A DNA stretch of 64,000 bases from Candidatus Velesiimonas alkalicola (lineage in GTDB: Bacteria > Omnitrophota > Gorgyraeia > Velesiimonadales > Velesiimonadaceae): positions 64,565 to 128,564 of the forward strand of contig NDHX01000004.1 in NCBI GenBank assembly GCA_013626165.1. Reading direction: 5' to 3'. The translations under genes were made by a program, and so were the position numbers. The notes under the pieces are model-generated. The model did not search any database. It had not been told where the DNA came from and saw only the letters and a list, made by a program, of their open reading frames with translations. Positions 50,765 through 60,786 of the stretch are shown here, one piece after another; the first letter of the stretch is position 1; every line of letters begins with the position of its first letter.

Positions 50765-52135
50765 TTATTTTTTAAATTCTATTACTTCACATAAAGAAAT
50801 AAAAAAGGGCAAGTTGAAAGGCAGGTTTTTTCTGTTTATGCATTTTAAATTTACTTCTTTAATGATTCTTTGGGGGGTGAAAGAATTTATATGGTCTGGT
50901 ACCTTTACTGGCCTTCTCCCTAAAAAAAATCTTCCTATTGTCCACAATTTTTCATTGGGAAAAGTAATTATTAATATACCTCCTTTTTTAAGAATCCTTT
51001 TCATCTCCCGAATAGCCTTTCCATGCTCTAATATATGTTCCAAAACCTCAGTGCATATTATTACATCAAAACTTTCATCCTGAAAATCTTTTAAACATAA
51101 AATATTTCCTTCCATAAATCTGGCTGAAGGACAACGCTGAATTGCCTTTTCCAATGCAATTTTGGTTATATCCACCCCAAAAAAAACATTTTTTTGATTA
51201 TTACATAACATTTTACTTATTAAATGACCTTCACCACATCCTGCATCTAATATTCTAAGCCCTTCTTGTTTGGGAATTAATTTTAATATGGTATTTAATC
51301 TATTATTATGTATAAACCTGACCATTAAATTGGTGCTGTTATATAAATTATCCATATGGTCTTCGGGCATGAATATAGAATTATTTTTTCTAAAATCTCT
51401 ATTTCTTTTTATCTTACATTCCTTTTGATACAAAATGTTTATCTTGCAAATAGAATACAGCATCTTAAAAGGCTCCCTGAAAATTGTTACTTTACTTTGA
51501 AGAGAATTTGACCATGTAATAGAAACTTCTTTTATTTTACAGTATTTTTTGACAGCCCTGTAGAGGATTTCCACATCAAAGGCAAAGCCTTTCGTTTTCA
51601 GTTCACTGAAAAGCACTTTTCCAACTTCTTTCTTGAACAACTTAAACCCGCACTGGGTGTCTTTGAAGTTTTTCATTATTATAAGTCTGACAAGATACGG
51701 AAACATTTTTCCGATGTGCCTTCTGCACCAGGGTTGTGGAACAACTATTTTTGAATCTGGCAAGCCTCTGGAACCAATGGCAATGTCATACCCCTTGTCT
51801 ATTGCTTTTTTCAGTTTCTCAAACTCTTCTATGGGCGTTGATAAATCCGCATCGGAGAAAAGTATTATGTCTCCTTTTGCATTAAGAACCCCCTCTTTAA
51901 CCGCTGCCCCTTTCCCTCTATTTTTGGGAAAGCAGATTAAAGATATGCGGTTATTTCTTTCTCCTGCTTTCTTAATAATCTCTGATGTTCTATCCTTGCT
52001 TCCGTCATCAACAACAATAATTTCATAAGAATATCTATTCTTTAAATATTCCACTATTGTAGATAAGGTCTTTTCAATTTTGTCTGCCTCGTTATAAGCA
52101 GGAATAACAACACTTAAAAATATATCATCTGCCAT
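50765..52135 (-). CDS. fusion: GT2 polyprenyl-phosphate glycosyltransferase (ArnC/DPM1-like) + class I SAM-dependent methyltransferase
   Basis: N-terminal VVIPAYNE...DDGSKDRT...SDADLSTP...QCGFKLF (GT2); C-terminal ILDAGCGEGHL...ICTEVLEHI...LKKGGILIITFP (SAM MTase). Confidence 0.7.
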   Translation of the reverse strand: MADDIFLSVVIPAYNEADKIEKTLSTIVEYLKNRYSYEIIVVDDGSKDRTSEIIKKAGERNNRISLICFPKNRGKGAAVKEGVLNAKGDIILFSDADLSTPIEEFEKLKKAIDKGYDIAIGSRGLPDSKIVVPQPWCRRHIGKMFPYLVRLIIMKNFKDTQCGFKLFKKEVGKVLFSELKTKGFAFDVEILYRAVKKYCKIKEVSITWSNSLQSKVTIFREPFKMLYSICKINILYQKECKIKRNRDFRKNNSIFMPEDHMDNLYNSTNLMVRFIHNNRLNTILKLIPKQEGLRILDAGCGEGHLISKMLCNNQKNVFFGVDITKIALEKAIQRCPSARFMEGNILCLKDFQDESFDVIICTEVLEHILEHGKAIREMKRILKKGGILIITFPNEKLWTIGRFFLGRRPVKVPDHINSFTPQRIIKEVNLKCINRKNLPFNLPFFISLCEVIEFKK

Positions 52136-52154
52136 TTTTATATTTCTCTATTTA

Positions 52155-53348
52155 TCATTTTTCTCTGTTGGTAATTTCTTTAATAAAACAAATCCCTGCT
52201 GCTGCATATAGATGGATATATGGCATTATGGGAAGTCTGTATCTTATAGAACCAAGAATAATTGTATGTAAAAGGGTAAAGAATAGAATGGGAAACCAGA
52301 TGGGAAATAAGTCTTTAAATTTATTTTTTGTTTTCCAAAAACCCATTATTGCACATATATACACCGGAACCGTCCACAAAAAACTTATTATCCTAAATTT
52401 TAAGTCCTGATAATCTTTTGCACGTGGAACAACAGCCCAGAACCTTTTTTGTTTTTCAACTGCTAACCTTAGAACTTTTCCGGGGTTATTTATTATAAAC
52501 TCTTTTGCTCGCATTTTACAATAATTGTCCCGCTCTATCTCGTCTTTTATCTGATAAATATATTGAATACCTGGAATGTTGTTCTGACCGGCACCACCTG
52601 TGGCATTGGGATTGTTGGATTCTAAAAGTATAATGCCTCCTCCCGTTGCAATGATAAATCTGTTGTAACGGATATAGTTCCTGATAATCCAGGGTGATAA
52701 CCCTGCTCCTGCTACAAGTAAGACAATAATATAATAGTATGTTTTAGTTCTGTGGACCAAACCCCTGCAAATAGATATCAGGATAAGTGCAAAACCAAGA
52801 TATAAAAGCACTGGTTTTATTAAAACACCTGCTGCAAAAAGTATTCCACAGACCAGAGCAATTATCATAGATGATGGTCTGCTTAAAAGTATGAGACATA
52901 ATATAAATCCTAACAGTACTGTTATAAATACTGTTTCTGTAAGTAAAAGCCCGCAAAAAAATATTAAAAAAGGATCCCAACAGTATAAAAAACCTGCAAT
53001 AATTCCTACATCTTTACTGATAATTTTAGAGCCTATTTTATAAAGAATAAAAGCCGACACACAGTCAAGGATAGACTGAACAATCCATACGATCTTAAAA
53101 CTATGGCCAAAAATAAAATAAACTGCCGAAAGAAAAAAAGGATACGCAGGTGCAGTAGCTATTGTGGGATATCCCTTACCTTCTAATATACTAAGGCCAA
53201 GGGCATCATAACGGTAAGAGTCAGGGAATTTTAAGTCTTCTTTTAGTGTAATTACATATCCTATTCTTAAAAATAGCCCGATAAGAATTATGTAAAAGAT
53301 AATATTTTTTGGTTTTATTCTATTACAGTTCCGGAGAGTCATAATCAA
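52155..53348 (-). CDS. polytopic membrane glycosyltransferase, family 39/83-like (second copy)
   Basis: 397 aa, multi-TM, GT-C-like. Confidence 0.5.
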   Translation of the reverse strand: MIMTLRNCNRIKPKNIIFYIILIGLFLRIGYVITLKEDLKFPDSYRYDALGLSILEGKGYPTIATAPAYPFFLSAVYFIFGHSFKIVWIVQSILDCVSAFILYKIGSKIISKDVGIIAGFLYCWDPFLIFFCGLLLTETVFITVLLGFILCLILLSRPSSMIIALVCGILFAAGVLIKPVLLYLGFALILISICRGLVHRTKTYYYIIVLLVAGAGLSPWIIRNYIRYNRFIIATGGGIILLESNNPNATGGAGQNNIPGIQYIYQIKDEIERDNYCKMRAKEFIINNPGKVLRLAVEKQKRFWAVVPRAKDYQDLKFRIISFLWTVPVYICAIMGFWKTKNKFKDLFPIWFPILFFTLLHTIILGSIRYRLPIMPYIHLYAAAGICFIKEITNREK

Positions 53349-54495
53349 ATGAGGATAATTTATTCCTTTTCCTTTCTTCTAAAAAATCAATGTATAAAGA
53401 TTCAATACTATCAACCATCTTTTCAATGGTATAATTTTTTTCTATAAATTCTTTTGCATTTCTTCCCATCTCAGGAATCATCTGTGGGTTGTTAAGTAAT
53501 CTTTCAATCGCATCCGCAAGTGCAACAGGATTGGCTGATGGAACAAGCAGTCCTGTTTTGTTGTCCTGTATAAGTTCAAGAATCCCCCCTACGTTTGTTG
53601 CAATAATCGGCTTTTTAAGTGCCATAGCCTCCATTACAGAAACAGGCAATCCCTCCCACAAAGAAGAAAGCACAAATATGTCCGATGCACCGAGAAGATG
53701 GACGATATCATCTCTGAACCCCAATAAAAAAACATCTTTTTCAATCTTTAAATTTCTTATTCCTTTTTCAAGAAAACCTCTTAAAGCTCCTTCGCCTACA
53801 ATTATAGCCTTTGGCTTTGGGGATACTAAACCCCTATCTTTTATAATTTTCATTGCTTTTAAAAGAAAAATCTGCCCTTTTGGTTTTCTTAAATTTCCGA
53901 TATTGATAAGAAGAGGTGTATTGTGATGTATCCCAATAGAATCTCTTATATCTATTCCTATACCCTTAAACTCATACTGTTTTATATCTATTCCGTTGGG
54001 AATATATAGAAGTTTTTCTTTTTTATGTTTTTCCCTGCAAAGCATTGTATTATAAACTGCCAAACTATTGCAGATAATTGCATCACATAAAAAACCGGTA
54101 TACCTGTCAAGAAAAATATGGTACCACTTCTTCCATTCATCTGTGCTTCTTTGACTATTTATAATGAGCGGAATTTTTGTGTGAATTCTAATAATGCGAG
54201 ACAGGATGTTTGAATGGAAAAGATATGAGTGAAGAATCTGAATTTTATTTTGTTTAAGAAATCTTTTTAGATAAAAATATGCTCTTATCGCCCCAAAAAT
54301 ATTTTTAACATTTAAGCATTCTGACTTAAACCCCATTTTTTTTACAATATCTGCAAGGGGTCCTCCTGGTTTAAGACACATAAAAAAAATATTAAATTTA
54401 GTTCTGTCTGCTTTTTTTAAAAACTCTATCAGTATCTTTTCTGTCCCACCGATGCGTGAATCAGTAGTTAAAATAAGAACATTAATATTTTTCAT
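53323..54495 (-). CDS. glycosyltransferase family 4
   Basis: GT-B fold with EGLPVSVMEAMALKKPIIATNVGG (E-x7-E region). Confidence 0.75.
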   Translation of the reverse strand: MKNINVLILTTDSRIGGTEKILIEFLKKADRTKFNIFFMCLKPGGPLADIVKKMGFKSECLNVKNIFGAIRAYFYLKRFLKQNKIQILHSYLFHSNILSRIIRIHTKIPLIINSQRSTDEWKKWYHIFLDRYTGFLCDAIICNSLAVYNTMLCREKHKKEKLLYIPNGIDIKQYEFKGIGIDIRDSIGIHHNTPLLINIGNLRKPKGQIFLLKAMKIIKDRGLVSPKPKAIIVGEGALRGFLEKGIRNLKIEKDVFLLGFRDDIVHLLGASDIFVLSSLWEGLPVSVMEAMALKKPIIATNVGGILELIQDNKTGLLVPSANPVALADAIERLLNNPQMIPEMGRNAKEFIEKNYTIEKMVDSIESLYIDFLEERKRNKLSSFDYDSPEL

Positions 54496-54619
54496 TTTTT
54501 ATAATATTAGGTCGTTGAAAAAGTTATCAACGGTCCTGATTGCACCAATTTTAAAAAACGAGGACACAGATAACATCGTCGGAACTTAACCTGTGTACTC
54601 TTGTTTTTAATCTGTATAA

Positions 54620-55474
54620 TCAAAAATTGTGAGGGGATTTTTCAACAACCTCAATATATGAAGATAGTGCATCTGCCCATCTCCGTAATTTAAGCCCTAT
54701 TTTTTGAAGATAAATGCTTTTTGATGCAACAGACATCCCTCTGTCTGCCGGAAGATTAAAAAAAGATGATAAAACAGGTATAACCTTAACATCAGAATGG
54801 AGTATCTTAACTATCTGTTTTGCCATTTCATATCTTGAACATATACCATCGTTGGTTATATGATAAATTCCGAATCTGTCGGTTTTAATCAAGGCTCTTA
54901 TTGCTTCTACCAAATCAAATGTATATGTGGGGCTCCCCCTTAAATCATCAACAGCTTTTATTGTTTTTTCTCCTTTTTTTATCTGTGAAACAATTTTACC
55001 TACAAACTTTTTATCTTTTGTCCCTCCTCCAAAAAGCCAGCAGGTTCTTACAATATAAAACCTTTCAAGCATAGACCGAATTATCTTTTCACCTTCAATC
55101 TTTGTCTTACCATAAAAATTTACAGGGTTAGGAATATCTTCTTCGGTATAAAATTCTTTCTTACCGTCAAACACCTCTGTTGTGCTTATAAAGACAGGTA
55201 TTGTATTATATTTTTTACAGGCAATAGCAATATTTTCTGTTCCTTGTATGTTGTATCTTCTTGCCAACCCCTGTTCTTTTTCGCATCTGTCAACATCGGT
55301 CATTGCCGCAAGATGAATAACAAAATCGGGTTTTATTTTTTCAAAAACATCCCGCACATTTTTTTTATCTGTAATATCTAGGCTTTTTCTGTCCGTGGGG
55401 AAAATCTCGCCCTTATCAAAAATAACAGAACAATAACTTCCAACCACACCCTGTGAACCGGTTATAAGTATCAT
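54620..55474 (-). CDS. rmlD: dTDP-4-dehydrorhamnose reductase
   Basis: Short-chain reductase with YGKTK catalytic motif; context with rmlABC. Confidence 0.65.
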   Translation of the reverse strand: MILITGSQGVVGSYCSVIFDKGEIFPTDRKSLDITDKKNVRDVFEKIKPDFVIHLAAMTDVDRCEKEQGLARRYNIQGTENIAIACKKYNTIPVFISTTEVFDGKKEFYTEEDIPNPVNFYGKTKIEGEKIIRSMLERFYIVRTCWLFGGGTKDKKFVGKIVSQIKKGEKTIKAVDDLRGSPTYTFDLVEAIRALIKTDRFGIYHITNDGICSRYEMAKQIVKILHSDVKVIPVLSSFFNLPADRGMSVASKSIYLQKIGLKLRRWADALSSYIEVVEKSPHNF

Positions 55475-55527
55475 TTTTTCATCCTCCAGCTCTTGTGAGC
55501 TCAGGGCTTCAGTTCATCCGCCAATTT

Positions 55528-56460
55528 TTAGAGTCCGTGAGCGTACCACTCTATTGTTTTTATTAAACCTTCTTCAAAATCTACTCTTGGTTTCCAGCCA
55601 AGAGATTTAATTTTCCCTGCATCTACAGCATACCTTCTATCATGTCCGGGCCTATCCTGGACAAATTCAATACAATCTTTGGTTTTATTCATTGCTTTAA
55701 GAATTTTAGAACACAGTTCAAAATTTGTCATTTCTATACCGGATGCAACGTTATAGGTTTGACCATCTTCCCCCTTGTGTAAAACAAGGTCTATCGCAGA
55801 GCAGTTATCCTCAACATATAACCAGTCTCTGATATTAAGCCCATCGCCATAGAGTGGAACTTTTTTATTTTTAAGTATATTTGTTATAAAAAGCGGTATT
55901 ATTTTTTCAGGGTACTGGCAGGAACCATAATTATTAGAACTTCTTGTTATAACTATCGGCATCTTATATGTTTTGAAATATGAAATACATATGATGTCTG
56001 CTGATGCCTTGCTTGCAGAATACGGACTTGAAGGATTTAAGAGAGATTTTTCTGTAAAAACTCCTTTTTCAATACTTCCATAAACCTCATCTGTGCTTAT
56101 TTGTAAAAATTTTTTTACATCTAATTCTTTGCCTATCTCAAGAAGACTGTGTGTTCCTATAATGTTTGTTCTTATAAAAGATGCGGTATCATTTATTGAA
56201 CGGTCCACATGGCTTTCTGCTGCAAAATTCAAGACTGCACTGCACCCTTGCATTGCTCTTTTTACGATATCGCAATCGCATATATCACCTTTTATAAATT
56301 TATACCTCGGGTTATGCTCTATATCTTTCAAATTATCAAGATTACCTGCATATGTTAAAAGGTCTAAGTTGACAATTTCATCTTCACGGTGTTGTTTTAT
56401 ATAATACTTTATAAAATTACTCCCGATAAAGCCAGCCCCGCCTGTAATAAGTACTCTCAT
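55528..56460 (-). CDS. rmlB: dTDP-glucose 4,6-dehydratase
   Basis: MRVLITGGAGFIGSNF, STDEVYG, YSASKASAD motifs. Confidence 0.8.
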   Translation of the reverse strand: MRVLITGGAGFIGSNFIKYYIKQHREDEIVNLDLLTYAGNLDNLKDIEHNPRYKFIKGDICDCDIVKRAMQGCSAVLNFAAESHVDRSINDTASFIRTNIIGTHSLLEIGKELDVKKFLQISTDEVYGSIEKGVFTEKSLLNPSSPYSASKASADIICISYFKTYKMPIVITRSSNNYGSCQYPEKIIPLFITNILKNKKVPLYGDGLNIRDWLYVEDNCSAIDLVLHKGEDGQTYNVASGIEMTNFELCSKILKAMNKTKDCIEFVQDRPGHDRRYAVDAGKIKSLGWKPRVDFEEGLIKTIEWYAHGL

Positions 56461-56471
56461 TTTTTGCCCCC

Positions 56472-57263
56472 CTAAAACCCGTAGTTCGTAACCCGTTCTC
56501 TGTTTCCTGTTATTTTGTCACCTGTCACCTGTCGCCTTTGTTTTTTTGCCACTAAACTGTTTGCCATTAAAAGCGAATCAAATGTGCCTGCATCCGTCCA
56601 CCAGCACTTCATAATATCATATTCCATCTGATGCCATTCAATATACTGGTTGTTGACATCTGTTATCTCCAGTTCTTTTCTCTCAGATGGTTTTAATTTT
56701 TTTATAATTTCAAAGACCTTGCTATCATACATATATATACCTGTAACTGCATAATCAGAAACAAAATGTTTTGGCTTCTCTACAATTCTTATGAGCTTTT
56801 TGCCTTGTAGTTTTGCGACACCGAATCTATCGGCATCCTTTACCTTCTTTAAAATAATTCTTGCCCCTTGCCTTTGATTGGCAAAATGTTGAACGCTTTC
56901 ACTTATACTTCCACCTATGATATTATCTCCTAACACAACAACTAATTTATTACTTCCTGCTCCGAAATGTTCAGCAAGCCCAAGCGCCTCTGCAATTCCA
57001 CCCTCTTTTTTTTGATATGTGTAGTTTAAGTGTTTAAGCCCAAACCCTTTTCCATCCCCAAGTAGCCTTAAAAAATCTCCGGCATTACTCCCCCCCGTTA
57101 CAATCATAATATCTTTTATTCCTGCATCAACAAGCATCTGTATAGGATAATATATCATCGGTTTATTAAACACTGGCAAAAGATGTTTGTTTGTAACAGA
57201 TGTCAATGGATAAAGCCTTAAGCCTAAGCCTCCTGCAAGAACAATCCCTTTCATATCAGCCAT
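56472..57263 (-). CDS. rmlA: glucose-1-phosphate thymidylyltransferase-like sugar nucleotidyltransferase
   Basis: MKGIVLAGGLGLRLYPLT...KHLLPVFNKPMIYYP. Confidence 0.7.
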   Translation of the reverse strand: MADMKGIVLAGGLGLRLYPLTSVTNKHLLPVFNKPMIYYPIQMLVDAGIKDIMIVTGGSNAGDFLRLLGDGKGFGLKHLNYTYQKKEGGIAEALGLAEHFGAGSNKLVVVLGDNIIGGSISESVQHFANQRQGARIILKKVKDADRFGVAKLQGKKLIRIVEKPKHFVSDYAVTGIYMYDSKVFEIIKKLKPSERKELEITDVNNQYIEWHQMEYDIMKCWWTDAGTFDSLLMANSLVAKKQRRQVTGDKITGNRERVTNYGF

Positions 57264-57723
57264 CTATCTCTTCCCAGTCGTAGTCTATATCCTTACTATG
57301 GGGTTTAACTCTATACTCATCGGGTTGTTGATAGTTATACAACATATCCGGAACATTTATAACTATTGATTCTTCTTTACCAATACACTTTAAACCATGT
57401 AGAATACCTGGGGGAATTTGAACAAGTAATGGATTATATACTCCTATGCAATACTCAGATATTGTCCCTTTTGTTACGGAACCTTCCCTATTATCATAAA
57501 GAGCAAGAATAACCATCCCGCTTACACAGGTCATACTATCCGTCTGTTTCTTGTGATAATGCCATGCTTTTACAACCCCCGGAAGAACAGTGGTAATATA
57601 CACCTGACCGAACCCTTTATAAAGAACATCATCGCACCTTAAAATTTCCATCAGCCTTCCTCTTTTATCAGGTATGATATTTAACCGTTTTGTTTGGACG
57701 CCTTCTATGTTTTTCATAACCAC
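57256..57723 (-). CDS. rmlC: dTDP-4-dehydrorhamnose 3,5-epimerase (cupin)
   Basis: RmlC-like cupin; completes the rmlABCD set. Confidence 0.7.
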   Translation of the reverse strand: MVMKNIEGVQTKRLNIIPDKRGRLMEILRCDDVLYKGFGQVYITTVLPGVVKAWHYHKKQTDSMTCVSGMVILALYDNREGSVTKGTISEYCIGVYNPLLVQIPPGILHGLKCIGKEESIVINVPDMLYNYQQPDEYRVKPHSKDIDYDWEEIDG

Positions 57724-57734
57724 TCCGAATCAAT

Positions 57735-58472
57735 TTATCTTACGCCGATTACTTCATCGTCATTTGTAGGAACAATCTCCTTACCGGGTTGCACAATTAA
57801 AAAATCTTTATCATAATTGTCGTCTATTAATTTTCTTAAAATATTAGAATCGCCTTTTAGCTCTTCCCATTCCCATTTTTTTTTATCTGCCATCTTTTTT
57901 GAAAATTTTCTATAATCGGGCGCCTCTCCCAAATCAAGGCTTATATATGCAATCTTTTTGTAGTTTTTCCCGGGGTCGAGCATCTCCCACAGATACCTGC
58001 CATTTTCTTCTCCATATTGTTTTACATAATCTTCCAATGTTAACGGCAGGTTTGCAACCTCTTTAGGCCCTAATTGCCGGGTTTCCTCTCCTCCTCTTTC
58101 AATCCATCCTGTTGTATGAAAATATGTTCCCGTGTTGTTAAAAAAATACTCTTTATATCTTTTTCTTGAGCCAAGAAAAAGTGTAATGCAGTCATGCGCC
58201 TTCGGAACAACTATCGGAATATTCCCTGCCTTTAATCCTACTATGCCATTGTTGCAGAGAGCATAGCCCAAGACAATATTACGATACTTTTTTTCATCAA
58301 CCTTGTCTATCTCGCTTTGCAGTATCTGACGCATCTTCTCTCCGCCTAAATCATGCAGACCCTTGGGCATAAATATCACATCAAACACCTCTTCGGAAGA
58401 TGATAAGAGGGCGCAAATCTCCCTAAAAAATATTTCACAAACTATTAAATAACTTCTTCTTTGCATCTTCAA
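57735..58472 (-). CDS. hypothetical protein (possibly DUF1638-like)
   Basis: 245 aa, no TM; motif LGYALCNNGIVGL...PKAHDCITLFLG. Confidence 0.35.
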   Translation of the reverse strand: MKMQRRSYLIVCEIFFREICALLSSSEEVFDVIFMPKGLHDLGGEKMRQILQSEIDKVDEKKYRNIVLGYALCNNGIVGLKAGNIPIVVPKAHDCITLFLGSRKRYKEYFFNNTGTYFHTTGWIERGGEETRQLGPKEVANLPLTLEDYVKQYGEENGRYLWEMLDPGKNYKKIAYISLDLGEAPDYRKFSKKMADKKKWEWEELKGDSNILRKLIDDNYDKDFLIVQPGKEIVPTNDDEVIGVR

Positions 58473-59496
58473 TACACCTTCCCATTAACTGTCCGCATCC
58501 GGCCTGCACTTGCGCACCCTGACTTGCTCTTACTGTTACAGGTATTTTGTGTTTTTTTAATATTTTTGTAAACTCATGCATTGATTTTTTTGACGATTTT
58601 TTAAATCCGAGACCTTCTGTTTTATTATACTCTATAAGATTTACCTTACAGAGTATGCCGGAAATAATCTTTGAAAGCAGTATCGCATCTTTTATCCTGT
58701 CATTAACATTTTTTAAAGATACATATTCAAATGTTATCTGTCTGTTCGTTTTTTTTATATATTCCCTGCAGGTTAAGATAAGTTTTTTTAACGGATACTT
58801 TTTATTTAAAGGAACAAGTTCGGTTCTTAAATTATTGTCCGCCGAATGTAAGGATATTGCAAGTTCTATCTGCATATCTTCATCTGCCAATTTTTCTATT
58901 CCTTCTATGACCCCTGCTGTTGAAATCGTTATTCTACGTGCTCCTATCTTTCCTGCCTCAGGATGATTAAATATTTTTATGGATTTTATTACATTTTCAT
59001 AATTTAACAAAGGCTCACCCATCCCCATAAATACAATGTGTGATGCAAAAAACCCCTCCGGAGGCGTAATCAAAAACTGACCTACAATTTCAGAAGTTGT
59101 AAGATTCCTTATAAAACCCATCTGCCCGCTTGCACAGAATTTACATCTTACCGGACATCCAGATTGTGTGGATATGCAAACAGCGCCATAATTTCTTCTG
59201 GGAAGCCATACTGATTCAGTAAACCCTCCATCCTGCATCTCTAAAAGCCTTTTACAGGTTCCATCGTTTGAAGATACATCTGCAACAACTTTAAGGGAGA
59301 ATATTTTAAATCCGTCAGTCAGCACCTTTCTTAAATCAACAGAGATGTTTGTCATTAAATTAAAATCAAATATTCTTTTTTTATATATCCAGTTCAGAAC
59401 CTGTTCTGCCCTGTATTTATCAAATCCCCTCTGTGAAATTTTATTCTGAAACTCCTCCGGCAAAAAATCAGTTATATATTTTATCTGTTGTGTCAT
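58435..59496 (-). CDS. rlmN: 23S rRNA/tRNA adenine-C2 methyltransferase RlmN (radical SAM)
   Basis: CxxxCxxC radical SAM motif GCPVRCKFCASG and RlmN N-terminal domain. Confidence 0.85.
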   Translation of the reverse strand: MTQQIKYITDFLPEEFQNKISQRGFDKYRAEQVLNWIYKKRIFDFNLMTNISVDLRKVLTDGFKIFSLKVVADVSSNDGTCKRLLEMQDGGFTESVWLPRRNYGAVCISTQSGCPVRCKFCASGQMGFIRNLTTSEIVGQFLITPPEGFFASHIVFMGMGEPLLNYENVIKSIKIFNHPEAGKIGARRITISTAGVIEGIEKLADEDMQIELAISLHSADNNLRTELVPLNKKYPLKKLILTCREYIKKTNRQITFEYVSLKNVNDRIKDAILLSKIISGILCKVNLIEYNKTEGLGFKKSSKKSMHEFTKILKKHKIPVTVRASQGAQVQAGCGQLMGRCIEDAKKKLFNSL

Positions 59497-59597
59497 AAAA
59501 TCCCATCATTTGTAGTCCATCGCCCGTAGTCTGTATTCTGTTGTCCGTCACCCGTATTCCGTATTTCGTTTTTTTACGGTATACAATATACGGCCTT

Positions 59598-59623
59598 TGG
59601 AGCTGGTGATCGGAAATTGAACC
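59598..59623 (-). repeat. partial direct duplicate of the tRNA-Thr 3' end (acceptor plus T-arm, ~26 nt)
   Basis: tggagctggtgatcggaaattgaacc vs tRNA tggagctggtgatcggatttgaacc, ~120 bp downstream of the intact tRNA. Confidence 0.6.
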
Positions 59624-59746
59624 ATCGCTTACGCTCTTTAAGGGAAAACCAATGTTTTTCCCTTAATATTCCCTTTCCTTTTAAAACACAGGGGAAAACT
59701 AACCTTTTCCCCTGAGACCCCTTTGGTGGTTCAAATCCTTTATTTT

Positions 59747-59821
59747 TGGAGCTGGTGATCGGATTTGAACCGATGGCCAGCGGTTTACGAAACCGCTGCT
59801 CTACCACTGAGCTACACCAGC
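59747..59821 (-). tRNA. tRNA-Thr (anticodon CGT), CCA encoded
   Basis: Reverse complement gctggtgtagctcagtggtagagcagcggtttcgtaaaccgctggccatcggttcaaatccgatcaccagctcca; anticodon loop ttCGTaa. Confidence 0.8.
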
Positions 59822-60057
59822 ACAGAAACTTAAAGATAATTCGCCCTCTATCTTCTACACCATAACCAGTATTGTATAATATCAAGAAGATACAATCAAT
59901 AATGCCATTTAGGAATTGAAGGCAAATGCTAAATTCGTCAAAAACTATGTATTTTTAATTCTTGAATGACAACCAAAAAAACTACTTGACAAATTAAATT
60001 GAATATATTAAACTAATCTAACAAATAAAGGTATATCTAAATAATTTTTGAGACAGT

Positions 60058-60552
60058 ATGGAAAATAAAAAGAATAAAAAGTTAAGTTCAAATATGGAAG
60101 ATTATTTGGAGGCTGTCGCTGTGCTTAAGAAGAAGAACGGTGTTGCCAGGGCAGGGGGTATTAGCAATCTTTTAAATGTAAAGGCTTCAAGCGTAACCAG
60201 TGCCTTGAACACACTTGCCAAAAGCGGATTCGTTCTCCATGAAAGATATGGCTATGTTGAACTTACCAAGAAAGGGAAAGAATTATCTCATCATATTCAG
60301 AAACAGCATGATATACTAACTAAGTTTTTAACCGATGTTTTAAGTGTAGATTCCACCATAGCTATAGAAGATGCCTGTAAGATGGAGCACACCCTAAGCC
60401 CGCAAACCTTCCAGAAGTTAACAGAGTTTATAAAATTTGTAGCAATCCGCCCCGATGGTCAAAGGCCCGAGTGGTTAAAAAGTTTAGACTATTACCTTAA
60501 AACAGGAAAGCGGCTCAGGTGTAAAATAAAAAAGATAAAACAAGGACTTTAA
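60058..60552 (+). CDS. DtxR/MntR-family metal-dependent transcriptional repressor
   Basis: N-terminal wHTH MEDYLEAVAVL and metal-binding/dimerisation region. Confidence 0.7.
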   Translation: MENKKNKKLSSNMEDYLEAVAVLKKKNGVARAGGISNLLNVKASSVTSALNTLAKSGFVLHERYGYVELTKKGKELSHHIQKQHDILTKFLTDVLSVDSTIAIEDACKMEHTLSPQTFQKLTEFIKFVAIRPDGQRPEWLKSLDYYLKTGKRLRCKIKKIKQGL

Positions 60553-60647
60553 AGAAGATAATTTTTTAATGTAAAAGTTAGAAATATCTAACATAGTTAT
60601 ATATCTAAAACAAATAGGGCTTCACAAAATTCGTTTAAGCCCTATTG

Positions 60648-60728
60648 ATTACATTGATTAAAATTCAGATTACACAGATTAAATGCCGTCGAGACCATCT
60701 GTGTAATCTTTCAAAAATCTGTGTAATC
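60648..60728. repeat. 'GATTACACAGAT' element, copy 3, flanked by 15-bp inverted repeats agggcttcacaaaat / attttgtgaagggct
   Basis: Between dtxR-family gene and feoA. Confidence 0.8.
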
Positions 60729-60786
60729 AACAGCCCTGAGCTAATTTTGTGAAGGGCTGTCTAAAACAAATGAAAGGAGGGGTAAA

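Noticed and set aside
59574-59885. 103-aa minus-strand ORF
   Set aside because: It overlaps tRNA-Thr and its partial duplicate, and its composition is atypical.
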